Below, piece after piece: positions 8,520 to 18,500 of a DNA stretch of 64,000 bases. The stretch spans positions 320,054 through 384,053 of the forward strand of contig CAVZVS010000003.1 in NCBI GenBank assembly GCA_963778815.1. The letters run 5' to 3'. Both the position numbers and the translations under genes were made by a program. This DNA comes from an uncultured Chloroflexia bacterium (GTDB lineage: Bacteria > Chloroflexota > Limnocylindria > Limnocylindrales > CSP1-4). Below the pieces are notes generated by a model that worked only from the letters and a program-made list of their open reading frames with translations, was not told the DNA's origin and searched no databases. Each line of letters opens with the position of its first letter. Position 1 is the stretch's first letter.

Positions 8520-9536
8520 TCAGCTGCCGGGCGCAGCGACGATCGCACGACCCCGGCCGCGCAGGAAGGCCTGTCCGGTCATCCGCCGACCGCCGGCGGG
8601 TTGGACCTCCTCCAGGACCAGCAGTCCGTCGGACGTGGCGAGCGCGGGCAGCCCCTCGTGCTCCCGGAGTCGAGCGGATGGATCGATCGGTCGGCCCGGC
8701 GCCCCTCCACGACCGACCACTTCGGCCTTGGCCTGCCAGACGGTCAGCCGACCCGCCCCCGTCTCGATGAAGCTGCCTGGCCAGCCCTGGTAGGCTCGAA
8801 CCTGGCGGGCGAGCTCTTCCGTGGGACGACCCGGGTCGAGCCGGCCGTCATCTCGACGCAGCGGCCGGGTCAGGGTCGCTCCGGCCTCCCCCTGCGGCCG
8901 CGTTCCAAGCGATCCATCCAGCCAACCCGGCAGCGATCGAGCCAGGAGCCGGGCCCCGGCCTCGGCGGCCCGTGCCTCCAACTCGGGCGCCGTCTCGGTC
9001 CCGTCGAGCGGCCAGCTCTCACTGGCGACGATGGGGCCGGTGTCGAGGCCGGCATCCATCCGGATGACCGTCACCCCGCCCGACGCATCGCCGGCCAGGA
9101 TCGTCCCGGGGATCGGCGTCGCACCGCGATGACGGGGAAGCAGCGACGGGTGGATGTTGAGGATGCCGTGAGCCGGCAGGTCCAGGATCGCCTGCGGGAC
9201 GATCCGTCCGTAGTCGGCCAGGACGCCCAGCGTCGGGCGGAGCGCAGCGAGCTCGGCCAGGGCCGACTCAGCGCGGATCCGAGTCGGCCGGAGGACGGGC
9301 AGCCCGAGCGCCAGCGCTCGTGCCACGACCGGCGTGGGACTGAGCTCATGACGGCGACCGACCGGACGGTCGGGTGCCGACACGACCCCGACGAGTTCGA
9401 GGTCCGGGGCCGCCAGCAGGGCGTCGAGGATGGGGAGAGCGAAGCCGCCGCTGCCGAAGAAGACGGTCCGGGCCGGACGATCAGGCGAGGGCGTGCTGAG
9501 CCTCGCGGATGCCCTCGCTGTCGTACTCGCCGTCAT
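8520..9536 (-). CDS. fmt: Methionyl-tRNA formyltransferase
   Basis: RTVFFGSGGFALPILDALL...GVVSAPDRPVGR...HGILNIHPSLLPRHRGATPI are Fmt motifs. The gene follows def. The only canonical in-frame start is the ATG at 9536, which overlaps def by 56 nt, so the start is uncertain. Confidence 0.85.
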   Translation of the reverse strand: MTASTTARASARLSTPSPDRPARTVFFGSGGFALPILDALLAAPDLELVGVVSAPDRPVGRRHELSPTPVVARALALGLPVLRPTRIRAESALAELAALRPTLGVLADYGRIVPQAILDLPAHGILNIHPSLLPRHRGATPIPGTILAGDASGGVTVIRMDAGLDTGPIVASESWPLDGTETAPELEARAAEAGARLLARSLPGWLDGSLGTRPQGEAGATLTRPLRRDDGRLDPGRPTEELARQVRAYQGWPGSFIETGAGRLTVWQAKAEVVGRGGAPGRPIDPSARLREHEGLPALATSDGLLVLEEVQPAGGRRMTGQAFLRGRGRAIVAAPGS

Positions 9537-10020
9537 CGTCGTCGTCCTCGTCGGGACCGCCCACCGAGATGAGCTCGTCCATCGACTCGAGATAGTCGAT
9601 GTACAGCTTGCCGTCGAGATGATCGAGCTCGTGCTGGAGAGCCCGCCCGAGCAGGCCCGAGCCGGCCACCTTGTACTTCTTGCCGTGGCGATCCTGGGCC
9701 ACCACCCAGACCCGCTCGCGGCGGGTGACATAGGCGACGTAGCCTGGGATCGACAGGCACCCCTCGAGGTCGCGGTCGTCCCCGTCCGAACGAACGATCT
9801 TCGGGTTGACCAGTTCGTACAGGCGACTCTCGACCTCGATCACGCAGGCCTGCTGGGCTTCACCGAGCTGCGGCGCAGCGAGTCCCACGCCCGGGGCGTG
9901 ACGCATCGAATCGGTCAGGTCGTCGAGCAGCTCATGGAGGTACTTGCCAAAGCTGTCGACGGGTTCGCCCTTGAGGCGCAGGCGGGGGTCGCCCAGGAGG
10001 GCGATCGGTCTCACGGTCAT
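9481..10020 (-). CDS. def: Peptide deformylase
   Basis: 179 aa carrying the three PDF motifs: GVGLAAPQLG, EGCLSIPG and HELDHLDG. Confidence 0.92.
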   Translation of the reverse strand: MTVRPIALLGDPRLRLKGEPVDSFGKYLHELLDDLTDSMRHAPGVGLAAPQLGEAQQACVIEVESRLYELVNPKIVRSDGDDRDLEGCLSIPGYVAYVTRRERVWVVAQDRHGKKYKVAGSGLLGRALQHELDHLDGKLYIDYLESMDELISVGGPDEDDDDDGEYDSEGIREAQHALA

Positions 10021-10110
10021 GGCCCGGAGTATATCGAGAACGAGCGTGGGCTCGGACGCGGCTCCGAAGCCGACCGAAGCGCGGCCTCGGCGCGCCTGGG
10101 TCTTGGCCGG

Positions 10111-10749
10111 TCAGCGGCCGGACAGGCCGAAGCGGCGCGGAGCGCGACCGCTCGACCGAGCGGGTTCGGCGTCCATCCGCAGACCGCGGGCGCGCAGGGT
10201 CCGATCGATCTCCTCGTGGAGGCGACTCGCCTGGGGCTGCTTGTCCAGCCACTCGAGATAGCCCGGATCGACCCGCGAGATCTCGCCGATCGACCAGCCG
10301 ATGTGGCGCCCGAAGTCGAGGACCGTACCTGAGGCATTGCCGGGCGGCGGTCCGGCACCGCCCTCGCCGTTGGGTCCGCGTCGCCAGGTCGGCCGGGACG
10401 GGTCGGTCGGCCGGGCCGGGTCGGTCGGCCGGGCCGTGCCCGGCGCCGACGGGCGATCGGCGGCCTGTCCCATGCTCGTTCCGGCCGGGCGGTTCGCGGC
10501 CGCCGACCGAGAGGTCGTGTCGAGGATGACCCCGGCCAGGTGGGTCCGGTCGTAGACGGCTCGTCGTTCGGGGTCGCCGAGGGTCTCCCAGGCGGCGTTC
10601 AACTGGGCCATCTTGGCGCCGGCCGACGGATCGCTCGAATGGTCGGGGTGGAGCTGGCGGGCGAGGGCGCGATAGGCCGCCTGGAGGACATCCTGGCTGG
10701 CGTCCTGGTTGACCTGCATGATCGCGTACGGGTCGAACTGGTCGGGCAT
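10111..10749 (-). CDS. J-domain protein with a DUF3820-like C-terminal domain
   Basis: From the ATG at 10749: DPYAIMQVNQDASQDVLQAAYRALARQLHPDHS...LNAAWETLGDPERRAVYDR, a J domain with an HPD motif. A Pro/Thr-rich linker follows, then FGRHIGWSIGEISRVDPGYLEWL, which resembles the DUF3820/KfrB-like module. Confidence 0.7.
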   Translation of the reverse strand: MPDQFDPYAIMQVNQDASQDVLQAAYRALARQLHPDHSSDPSAGAKMAQLNAAWETLGDPERRAVYDRTHLAGVILDTTSRSAAANRPAGTSMGQAADRPSAPGTARPTDPARPTDPSRPTWRRGPNGEGGAGPPPGNASGTVLDFGRHIGWSIGEISRVDPGYLEWLDKQPQASRLHEEIDRTLRARGLRMDAEPARSSGRAPRRFGLSGR

Positions 10750-10834
10750 CCCCCGCTCGTCTCCGATGTGCTCGCCGCGCCCCGACGGACCACGCCCGCC
10801 GGCGACCCGAACGTACGTGCTGGAACTTGACGTG

Positions 10835-13316
10835 TCAACGGACCACACGACCCCGGACCGCACCACCCCGGTCCAGTTTCAGAGGAGCGATTTCGGGGTC
10901 TACGTCGACCGACCAGGGTGCCTCGAGCCCCCCGTCGAGCAGGTCGGCCGGCGCCGCGCCGCGAAGGACGACGTTCCAACGCCAGCGACCGGCTCGGCGG
11001 CGCAGGAAGGCCGGCGCCGGGCCGATGACCGCGACGCTCGATCCGCGCTCGACCGCACGCGCCCGGAGGCGCTCAGCCAGGGCGATCGCCTCGCGCTCAG
11101 CCGCCTCGCCATCGGCCAGACCGACGGTCAGCTTGACCAGCCGCCCGAACGGCGGTGAGCCGAAGCGCCGACGAGACTCGAGCTCCGCATCGTAGAAGGC
11201 CGCCGGATCGCCACCGACGACGGCCTGGATGGCCGGGTGCTCGGGCTGGTAGCTCTGGATGATCGCCCGACCCGGGCGGTCGCCACGACCGGCCCGACCC
11301 ACGGCCTGGGCCAGCAGCTGGTAGGTCCGCTCGGCAGCTCGCTCGTCGGGCAGGTTGAGGGCCACGTCCGCGCTGACCACGCCGACCAGGGTCACCTCCG
11401 GGATATCCAGACCCTTGGTCACCAGGCTGGTCCCGACCAGGACGTCGAGCCGACCGTCGGTGAAGGCATCGATGACCCGCTCGGCGGCGCCTTTGCGTTC
11501 GACGACATCGCGATCGAGCCGACCGACACGGAGGTCCGGGAAGCGTTCGCGGACCTCCCGCTCGACCCGTTCCGTGCCGCCACCCAGATAGCGGATCCGG
11601 GGCGAGGCGCAGGCCGGGCAGCGGCTGGCCATCGGGGCCGTCGTCCCGCAGTGGTGGCAACGCAGCGAGCCGCCGCTGGCGTGGTAGACGAGCGGCCGCT
11701 CGCACTCGGGACAGGCCTGGACATGGCCGCAGTCGCGGCACATCACCACCGAGGCGGTCCCCCGCCGATTGATGACCAGGATCGCCCGCTCGCCCTCGGC
11801 TGGCCGGAGGGCCGTCAGGGCCGATGCGAGCTCGGCCGAGATCAGGCCTCGGTTGCCGGCGGCCAGCTCGGCTCGCAGATCGACCACCTCGACCTTCGGC
11901 GGCAGACCGCTCGGCCGCTCGGGCAGGACGACCCGGCGGTAGGTCCCGTCGCGGGCGAGGCCCATCGTATCGACCGCCGGGGTGGCACTGCCCAGGACGA
12001 CTGCCGCGCCGGCCAGCCGGCCCAGCTCGATGGCGACGTCGCGGGCCTGGATCCGGGGCGTCCGATCGCTCTTGTAGGTCGCCTCGTGCTCTTCGTCCAC
12101 CACGACCAACCCGATGTCGGCCAGCGGAGCCGTGACCGCCAGCCGGGTCCCGACCACGATGTCGATCTCGCCGGCCCGGATCCGCCGCCACTCGTCGGTC
12201 CGCTCACCTGCGCCCACCGCCGAGTGGACCAGCGCGACCCGAGCGTCGAGGTCCGCCCGAAGACGATCGACCAGGGGCATCGCCAGGGCAACCTCCGGGA
12301 CGAGGACGAGGACCGGTCGGCCGGCCGCCAGGCTGGCCCGGATCGCCTGGGCGTAGACGGCCGTCTTGCCGCCGCCGGTGACCCCGTCGAGGAGCAGCGG
12401 AGTCGAGTCTCGCCCGGCGATGGCACGCTCGATGAGGGCGACCGCGGCGGTCTGCGGCGCGGTCAGGGCGGTGCCCGACGGTCGGCCCCCACGCTGGCCC
12501 GCCGGACGCGCCCCGAGGGGTCGGCGGGGACGCTCGCGGATGGTCGTCTCGATCAGGCCCCGGCGGACCAGGCCGGCCAGCGCCGACGTCCCGTGGCGAC
12601 CGGTCAGGATGGCCGCAGGCAGACCGTTCGGGGTCGTCGCGACCTCCTCGAGCAGGGCGACCTGGCGGGGTCCGAGCGGCCGACCGGCCGACCTGCCCCC
12701 GACCTCGATCGTCGCCGTCGCCTGCCGTGCCCTCACCGGTCGCCACGGCCCAACGTTCGTAACGCGGGCCGCCGGTCGCCGACAGGAGCGTCCAGTCGAG
12801 GTCGATCCGCCCTGCCGCTGCCAGTGCCCGCAACCGGCGCAAGAGTCCGGCCCGACCCTCCGGCGCCGCCAGGTCCCGGACCGGGCGCGGGCCGTCGACC
12901 AGCTGGTCGAGCAGGAACTGGGCCGCCGGCTCGATCGGGTCCGTCGCCGGATCCAGCCCGGGGCGGGCCTCGGCCACCAGCTCGAGCTTCTCCAGGATCC
13001 CAGGCGGGAGCATCGACCGGATGACCGTCCCCGGCGGGACCAGGTAGATGGTCGCGATCCGCTCGGCCAGGGCCAGGGTCAGCGGCGGAAGGAGCGGACC
13101 GTCGGCCCGGATCCGGTCGACGATCGGCCGGATCGTGGCGCCCGCCGGCCCCTCGGCCGGTCCCAACACGACGCCCAGCGCCTGGCGCTTGCCGAAGTCG
13201 ACCAGGACCGCCTCGCCCGGCTCGAGATCGGCCAGGTGGTCTGGGACGGAGTAGGTGTAGCGTCGCGCCCCGGCTCCGGGGGCGTCCACGGCCACCTCGA
13301 CCAGGGGCGGGCCCAT
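10835..13316 (-). pseudogene. priA: Primosomal protein N' (PriA helicase), split by an apparent 1-nt frameshift
   Basis: The N-terminal 3'-DNA-binding part (VEVAVDAPGAGARRYTYSVPDHLADLEPGEAVLVDFGKRQALGVV) is in ORF 12204..13316. The helicase part (DGVTGGGKTAVY, VVDEEH, Cys4 zinc cluster CRDCGHVQACPECERPLVYH...CHHCG, GTERVE) is in ORF 10835..12736. The frames switch near 12700..12740. Confidence 0.8.
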
Positions 13317-13318
13317 GG

Positions 13319-13954
13319 TCAGACCCGGACGCGCCGGTCCGGGTCCCGGGCGCGTTCCGCGGCCAGGATCTGCTCGATCCGCTCGGCAGTCGCCTCGACC
13401 TCCCCATCGCGGTTCTCGACGATGTAGTCGTAGTCGTCCTGGCGAGCCAGTTCGATGGCCGCATTACGCTGCCGGATCTCGAGCTCGTCGGCGGTCTCGG
13501 TCGCCCGCGACTTGAGGCGCTGGAACAGGCTTTCGAGCGACGGCGGGACGATGAAGATGAGGATCGCGTCGGGGACGTTCTCCTTGACCACCTGGGCGCC
13601 CTGGACATCGATCTTGAGGATGACGTCGTGGCCTTCGAGGAGGGCCTCCCGAACCTGCGCCCGGGGCGTCCCGTACCAGTTGCCGTGGACCTCGTTCGCC
13701 TCGAGCAGCTCACCGCCGTCGCGCAGGGCGATGAACCGATCGCGGTCCAGGAAGTGGTAGCTGACCGCATCGATCTCGCCTGGTCGTCGGCCCCGCGTCG
13801 TGCAGGTCACCACGTAGTGGTAGGCCGGCGTCCGACCACGCCTGCGCAACGCGTCGATGACCGCGTCCTTGCCCACTCCTGACGGGCCCGAGATGATGAC
13901 CAGCATCGCTCCCGCAGCGCCCGGCACGCCGAGCCCGTGCATCGGATCGGTCAT
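13319..13954 (-). CDS. gmk: Guanylate kinase
   Basis: 211 aa with the P-loop ISGPSGVGKD, plus TTRGRRPGEIDAVSYHF and EANEVHGNWYGT. Its start forms an ATGA overlap with the rluD stop. Confidence 0.92.
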   Translation of the reverse strand: MTDPMHGLGVPGAAGAMLVIISGPSGVGKDAVIDALRRRGRTPAYHYVVTCTTRGRRPGEIDAVSYHFLDRDRFIALRDGGELLEANEVHGNWYGTPRAQVREALLEGHDVILKIDVQGAQVVKENVPDAILIFIVPPSLESLFQRLKSRATETADELEIRQRNAAIELARQDDYDYIVENRDGEVEATAERIEQILAAERARDPDRRVRV

Positions 13955-14935
13955 CGGCCGACCCCGCTGGCGAGGGGCAGACCGTGCGGCCGATCACCCG
14001 CCCGGAGGCGCTCCAGGACCGCCTCGAGCTCGTCGGGCAGCTCGGCCGTGGCCCGGATGAGGTGACCGTCGGTCGGTGAGGCGAGCTCCAGCCGCCAGGC
14101 GTGCAGGAACATCCGGGCGAGTCCGTCAGGGCCGCGTCTCGACGTCCCGGTGCCGTAGACCGGGTCGCCGGCGATGGGATGGTCGATGGCTTCGAGATGG
14201 ACCCGGATCTGGTGGGTCCGGCCGGTGACCAGGTCAAGCTCCAGCAGGGTCCACGCCCCGAGTCGCTCGCGGACGCGATAGCCGGTCACCGACGGTCGGC
14301 CATCGGGCACCACCGCCATCCGGGTCCGGTGCTTGGGATCGCGACCGATCGGCGCCTCGATCCGGCCGACGTTGGCCGCGACACTGCCCTGGACCAGGGC
14401 CAGGTAGGTCTTCTTGACCCGGCGTGCCTTGAGCTGGGCCATCAGGCTGGCCTGGGCCGCGTCGTCCTTGGCCACCATCAGCAGGCCGCTCGTGTCGCGG
14501 TCGAGACGATGGACGATCCCCGGGCGCGACACCCCGGCGATCCCGCCGTACTCGGCGCCGCCGGCGCGGCCCAGAAGCGCATTGACCAGGGTCCCGCTGG
14601 CGTGACCGGGCGACGGATGGACGACCAGCCCAGCCGGCTTGTCGACGATGAGCAGGTCGTCGTCCTCGTAGACGACCACGATGGGGATCGCCTCACCGGC
14701 GACATCGAGCGGGACGACCGCCGGGACCTCGAGCTCCAGCCGGTCGCCCGGACCGACGACCGCGTTGGCCTTGATCAGCTCCCGCCGCCAGGGTCAGACG
14801 ACCGTCGCCGATGAGCTTCTGGACGAAGCTCCGCGAGAGCCCCGAGACATCGGCCACGAACCGGTCGACCCGACGTCGTTCACCGTCCTCGGGGACGACG
14901 AAGACGTGCATCGTGGACCCCGGCTCGTCAGCCAT
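13951..14935 (-). pseudogene. rluD: RluA-family 23S rRNA pseudouridine synthase (RluD-like), split by an apparent 1-nt frameshift
   Basis: The S4 domain (RVDRFVADVSGLSRSFVQKLIGDGRLTL) is in ORF 14693..15154. The remainder (ELIKANAVVGPGDRLELEVP...VVYEDDDLLIVDKPAGLVVHP...HRLDRDTSGLLMVAK) is in the frame of ORF 13951..14679. The switch lies within 14778..14793. Confidence 0.8.
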
Positions 14936-15545
14936 CCGATGCCTTGCCGGCGTCGGTCGCCTTCTCGCCCAGGCCCGGCGCCGTGCCGGCCAGGCTCGGC
15001 CGAAGCGCCAGCAGGAGGAGCAACAGGATGGCCAGGCTGATCGCCGAGTCACCCAGGTTGAACGTCCAGAAGCGGACGCCGCCAAGCCCTGCATCGACCC
15101 AGTCGACGACATAGCCGAGACGGATCCGGTCGATGAGGTTGCCCAGGGCGCCACCGAGCAGGAGGCCCAGGGCGATCGACAGCAATGGACTTCGACCCGA
15201 GCGGGCGTGGTAGCCGACGATCAGGGCCAGAACGCCGATGCTGGCCAGGGCCAGGACCGGGGCGGCCGTCCCGAATAGACCGAACAGTGCCCCGTCGTTC
15301 CTGGAGTGGATCAATCGAAGGAGATCGCCGACCAGCAGGACGGCCCTCCCCGGGTCGATGTTGGCCACGACCCACGCCTTCGAGAGCTGATCGACGATGA
15401 GGACCCCAGCGGCGACCCCGAAGAAGAGCAGCCAGGCCGGGCGACCCGGCGACCCGATCGCCGCAGGGGCGGCGGGCGGGGCCTCGGTCTCGTCGTCGGT
15501 CTGGTCCAGGTCGGTGTCTCCGTCGGCGCGGGTGGGCAGGGTCAC
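14928..15545 (-). CDS. lspA: Lipoprotein signal peptidase (signal peptidase II)
   Basis: 205 aa and multi-TM, with DQLSKAWV, HSRNDGALFGLF and GNLIDRIRLGYVVDW (LspA motifs). A GTG start forms a GTGA overlap with the ileS stop. There is an acidic N-terminal extension. Confidence 0.85.
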   Translation of the reverse strand: MTLPTRADGDTDLDQTDDETEAPPAAPAAIGSPGRPAWLLFFGVAAGVLIVDQLSKAWVVANIDPGRAVLLVGDLLRLIHSRNDGALFGLFGTAAPVLALASIGVLALIVGYHARSGRSPLLSIALGLLLGGALGNLIDRIRLGYVVDWVDAGLGGVRFWTFNLGDSAISLAILLLLLLALRPSLAGTAPGLGEKATDAGKASDG

Positions 15546-18500
15546 AAGCCTAGCCGCCGACGCGCCGGAGAGCGAGCCGGACCGTGCCCGTGTCGAGCTC
15601 GACCTCCGTCGCCGGACCGTCGGACCGGTCCGCTGCCCGCGGCGATCGAGTCGGCCAGCGTGTCGACCGCGACGGTGGCCAGGTACGGAGCGATGGCATC
15701 GGGCAGCGGCTCGACCCAGACCTCGATCCGGTCGTCGAGGGCCAGCTCGGCCTCGCGGCGGAGGTCCTGGATGGCCCGTTGCAGCTCCCGCGCGTCGCCT
15801 TCGGCGCGGAGCTCTGGGGTCACGGTCGTGTCGATGACTACGACCAGGCCGTCATCGTGGGCGACGGCCGTGCCCGGTCGGGGCGAGGCCAGGATCTCGA
15901 CCTCGTCGGCGGCCAGGGTCACCCCGCCCAGGCTGACCGAGCCGTCGGGATGGATCTCGAACTCGCCGGCCCGGGCAGCGGCCATGACCGCCGGGATGGC
16001 CCCACCGAGCTTCTTGCCGATCCTGGGCAGGAGCGGCTTGACCCGCCGCTCGACCAGGGCCGACTCGTCGCCGATGAGCTCGACGACCTTGACGTTGACC
16101 TCCTCGGCGAGCAAGGCCAGGAGAGCCTCCCGCTGATACAGGTCGCCGCCGGGCAGGGCCAGCCACAGCCGGGCCAGGGGCTGGCGGACCTTGAGCCCGG
16201 CCTGACCCCGAAGGGTCCGGACCAGCTCGACCGCCCGCCGGGCGGTGGTCATCGCGGCCTCGAGCGAGGGGTCGCGATCGGCGGCCGTCTCGGCCGTGGG
16301 CCAGGCGGTCAGGTGGACGCTGTCCGGCGCCGTCGGATCGTCGGCCGCGACCAGGTTGTCGTAGATGCCCTCGGTCATGAACGGCAGGATCGGGGCCATG
16401 ACCCGGGCCAGGGTCAGCAGGGCGGAGTGGAGCGTGGCGAAGGCGGCGTCGCGGTCGGCCGGGTCGTCGGAGCGCGAGAAGCGCCGGCGCGAGCGGCGCA
16501 GGTACCAGGTCGACAGGTCGTCGATGGCCTCGTCGATGGCCCGCGTCGCCGCCTCCGCGTCGTAGTCCCGGAGGCGGTCCTCGGCCCGAGCCGCGACGGC
16601 CGCCATCCGCGACAGGATCCAGCGGTCGAGGACGGGCCGCTCGGCGGGAGCGGCGGCCTTAGAAGTGCGCGGATCCCAGCCGGCCAGCCGGGCGTAGGTC
16701 ACGAAGAAGGCGTACACGTTCCACAGGACCAGCAACCCTCGACGGGCCTCGTCGGCGGCGTGCCAGCCGAACAGGATGTTGTCGTCGGGGCGGGCGCTGG
16801 CGTACATCCAGCGCATGACGTCGACGCCCATCCGGTCCGCCGCCTCGTCGAACTCGATCGAGTTGCCGGCGCTCTTGTGCATCGGCCGGCCGTCCTCGCC
16901 GAGCAGGGTGGCGAAGCCGAAGATGGTCTTGAACGGCGGTTCGCGCCGGAGGACCGTGCTCATCGCCAGCATCGCGTAGAACCAGTTCCGGAACTGGCCC
17001 GGGAAGCTCTCGGTGATGAAGTCGGCCGGGAACCACTGGGCCCAGAAGTCGGGCTCCTCGCGGTAGTGCAGGGTCGAGAACGGGACGATCCCGGCATCGA
17101 GCCAGACGTTGCCGACGTCGGCGATCCGGGCGATCGGCCGGCCGCAGCCGGAGCAGCCGATGCGGACCGCGTCGACATGCGGTCGGTGGGGCGTGTGACC
17201 GTCGAACTCCGACCAGCCCTCGACGGCCCGCTCGCGGAGCTCGTCACGGCCACCGATCACGGTGACCGTGCCGCACTCGGCGCAGTCGTAGATGGGCAGG
17301 GCCAGGCCCCAGTAGCGCTTCTTGCTGATCATCCAATCGTGCATGTCGTGGAGCCAGCGGATCTCCTGGTCGTATCCGAAGCCGGGTAGCCAGCGGATGG
17401 CGTCGACCACCTCCATGATCTGGTAGCGCAGCGATCGGTCGACCTCGTCGGCGGTCAGCTCCTGGCGCGACCGGTCGTAGACCTCGCCCATGCTGATGAA
17501 CCACTCGTCGACCAGGCGGAAGATCAGCGCCGTGCCGCACCGCCAGCAGTGCGGATATCGGTGAGTGATCGTCTCGAGCCGGTAGAACCGGCCGTGCGCT
17601 TTGAGATGCTCGACGATGGGCTCGGTCACATCGCGCACGTCCCGGCCGGTATACGGCCCGAACCCATCGAGGTAGATGCCCGACTCGTCGAGCGGGGCGA
17701 TGACCGGCAGACCGAGCTCCTTGCCTAGGGCGAAGTCCTCGGCACCACAGCCCGGGGCGATGTGGACGATGCCGGTGCCCTCCTCCTCGCCGACCTCGGT
17801 CCAGGCCACGATCCGGTGGCGGTACGGCGCTCCGGGCTCATCGCGGGTCCCCGCCGCGAAGGCGGTCTTGACGGCATGGAGATCGTCGAAGGGGCCGTCG
17901 TAGCCCCAGCCGACGAGTTCGCTGCCCGAGCGTTCCTCGATCACCTCGAACGGCCCCACCAGGGCGCTCTTGAGCGTCCCTCGGGCGACCCACAGGCGCT
18001 CGTCACCCTGGCGGACCAGGACGTAACGCAGGTCGGGGCCCACTGCGGCGGCGACGTTGGAGGTCAGGGTCCAGGGGGTGGTCGTCCAAACCAGGAGCGC
18101 CTCGCCCGGCCGGTCGACCAGCGGGAAACGGACGGTCAGGCCGGGATCGTCGCGATCGCGGTAGCCCTCGGTCATCTCGTGCTGGCTCATGCCCGTCCCG
18201 CAGCGGGCGCACCAGGGCATCGTGTCGTGGCCCTTGTACAGCCAGCCCCGCCGGTGGCACTCGGCCAGGAAGCCCCAGATCAGGTCGTTGTTCTCGTTGC
18301 TGAAGGTGAAGTAGCTCCCGCCGAGGTCGGGCATGCCCAGCCGTCCGACGAGCATCTCGACCGAATCGGTGATCGGGCCGTCAGGGCCCTCGATGGTCGT
18401 CACCTGGGCCGGGTCCTCGGCCAGCAGATCGCGCAGTCGACGCAGCTCGTGCGGGTCGTTCCAGTCCATCCACATCCCCAGCCGGATGGACTGCTCGGTC

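Noticed and set aside
12733-13770. A 345-aa minus-strand ORF overlapping the priA 5' region and gmk.
   Set aside because: It is an alternate frame of two genes with clear motifs. Its translation is Arg/Pro/Gly/Ser-rich with no domain signatures.
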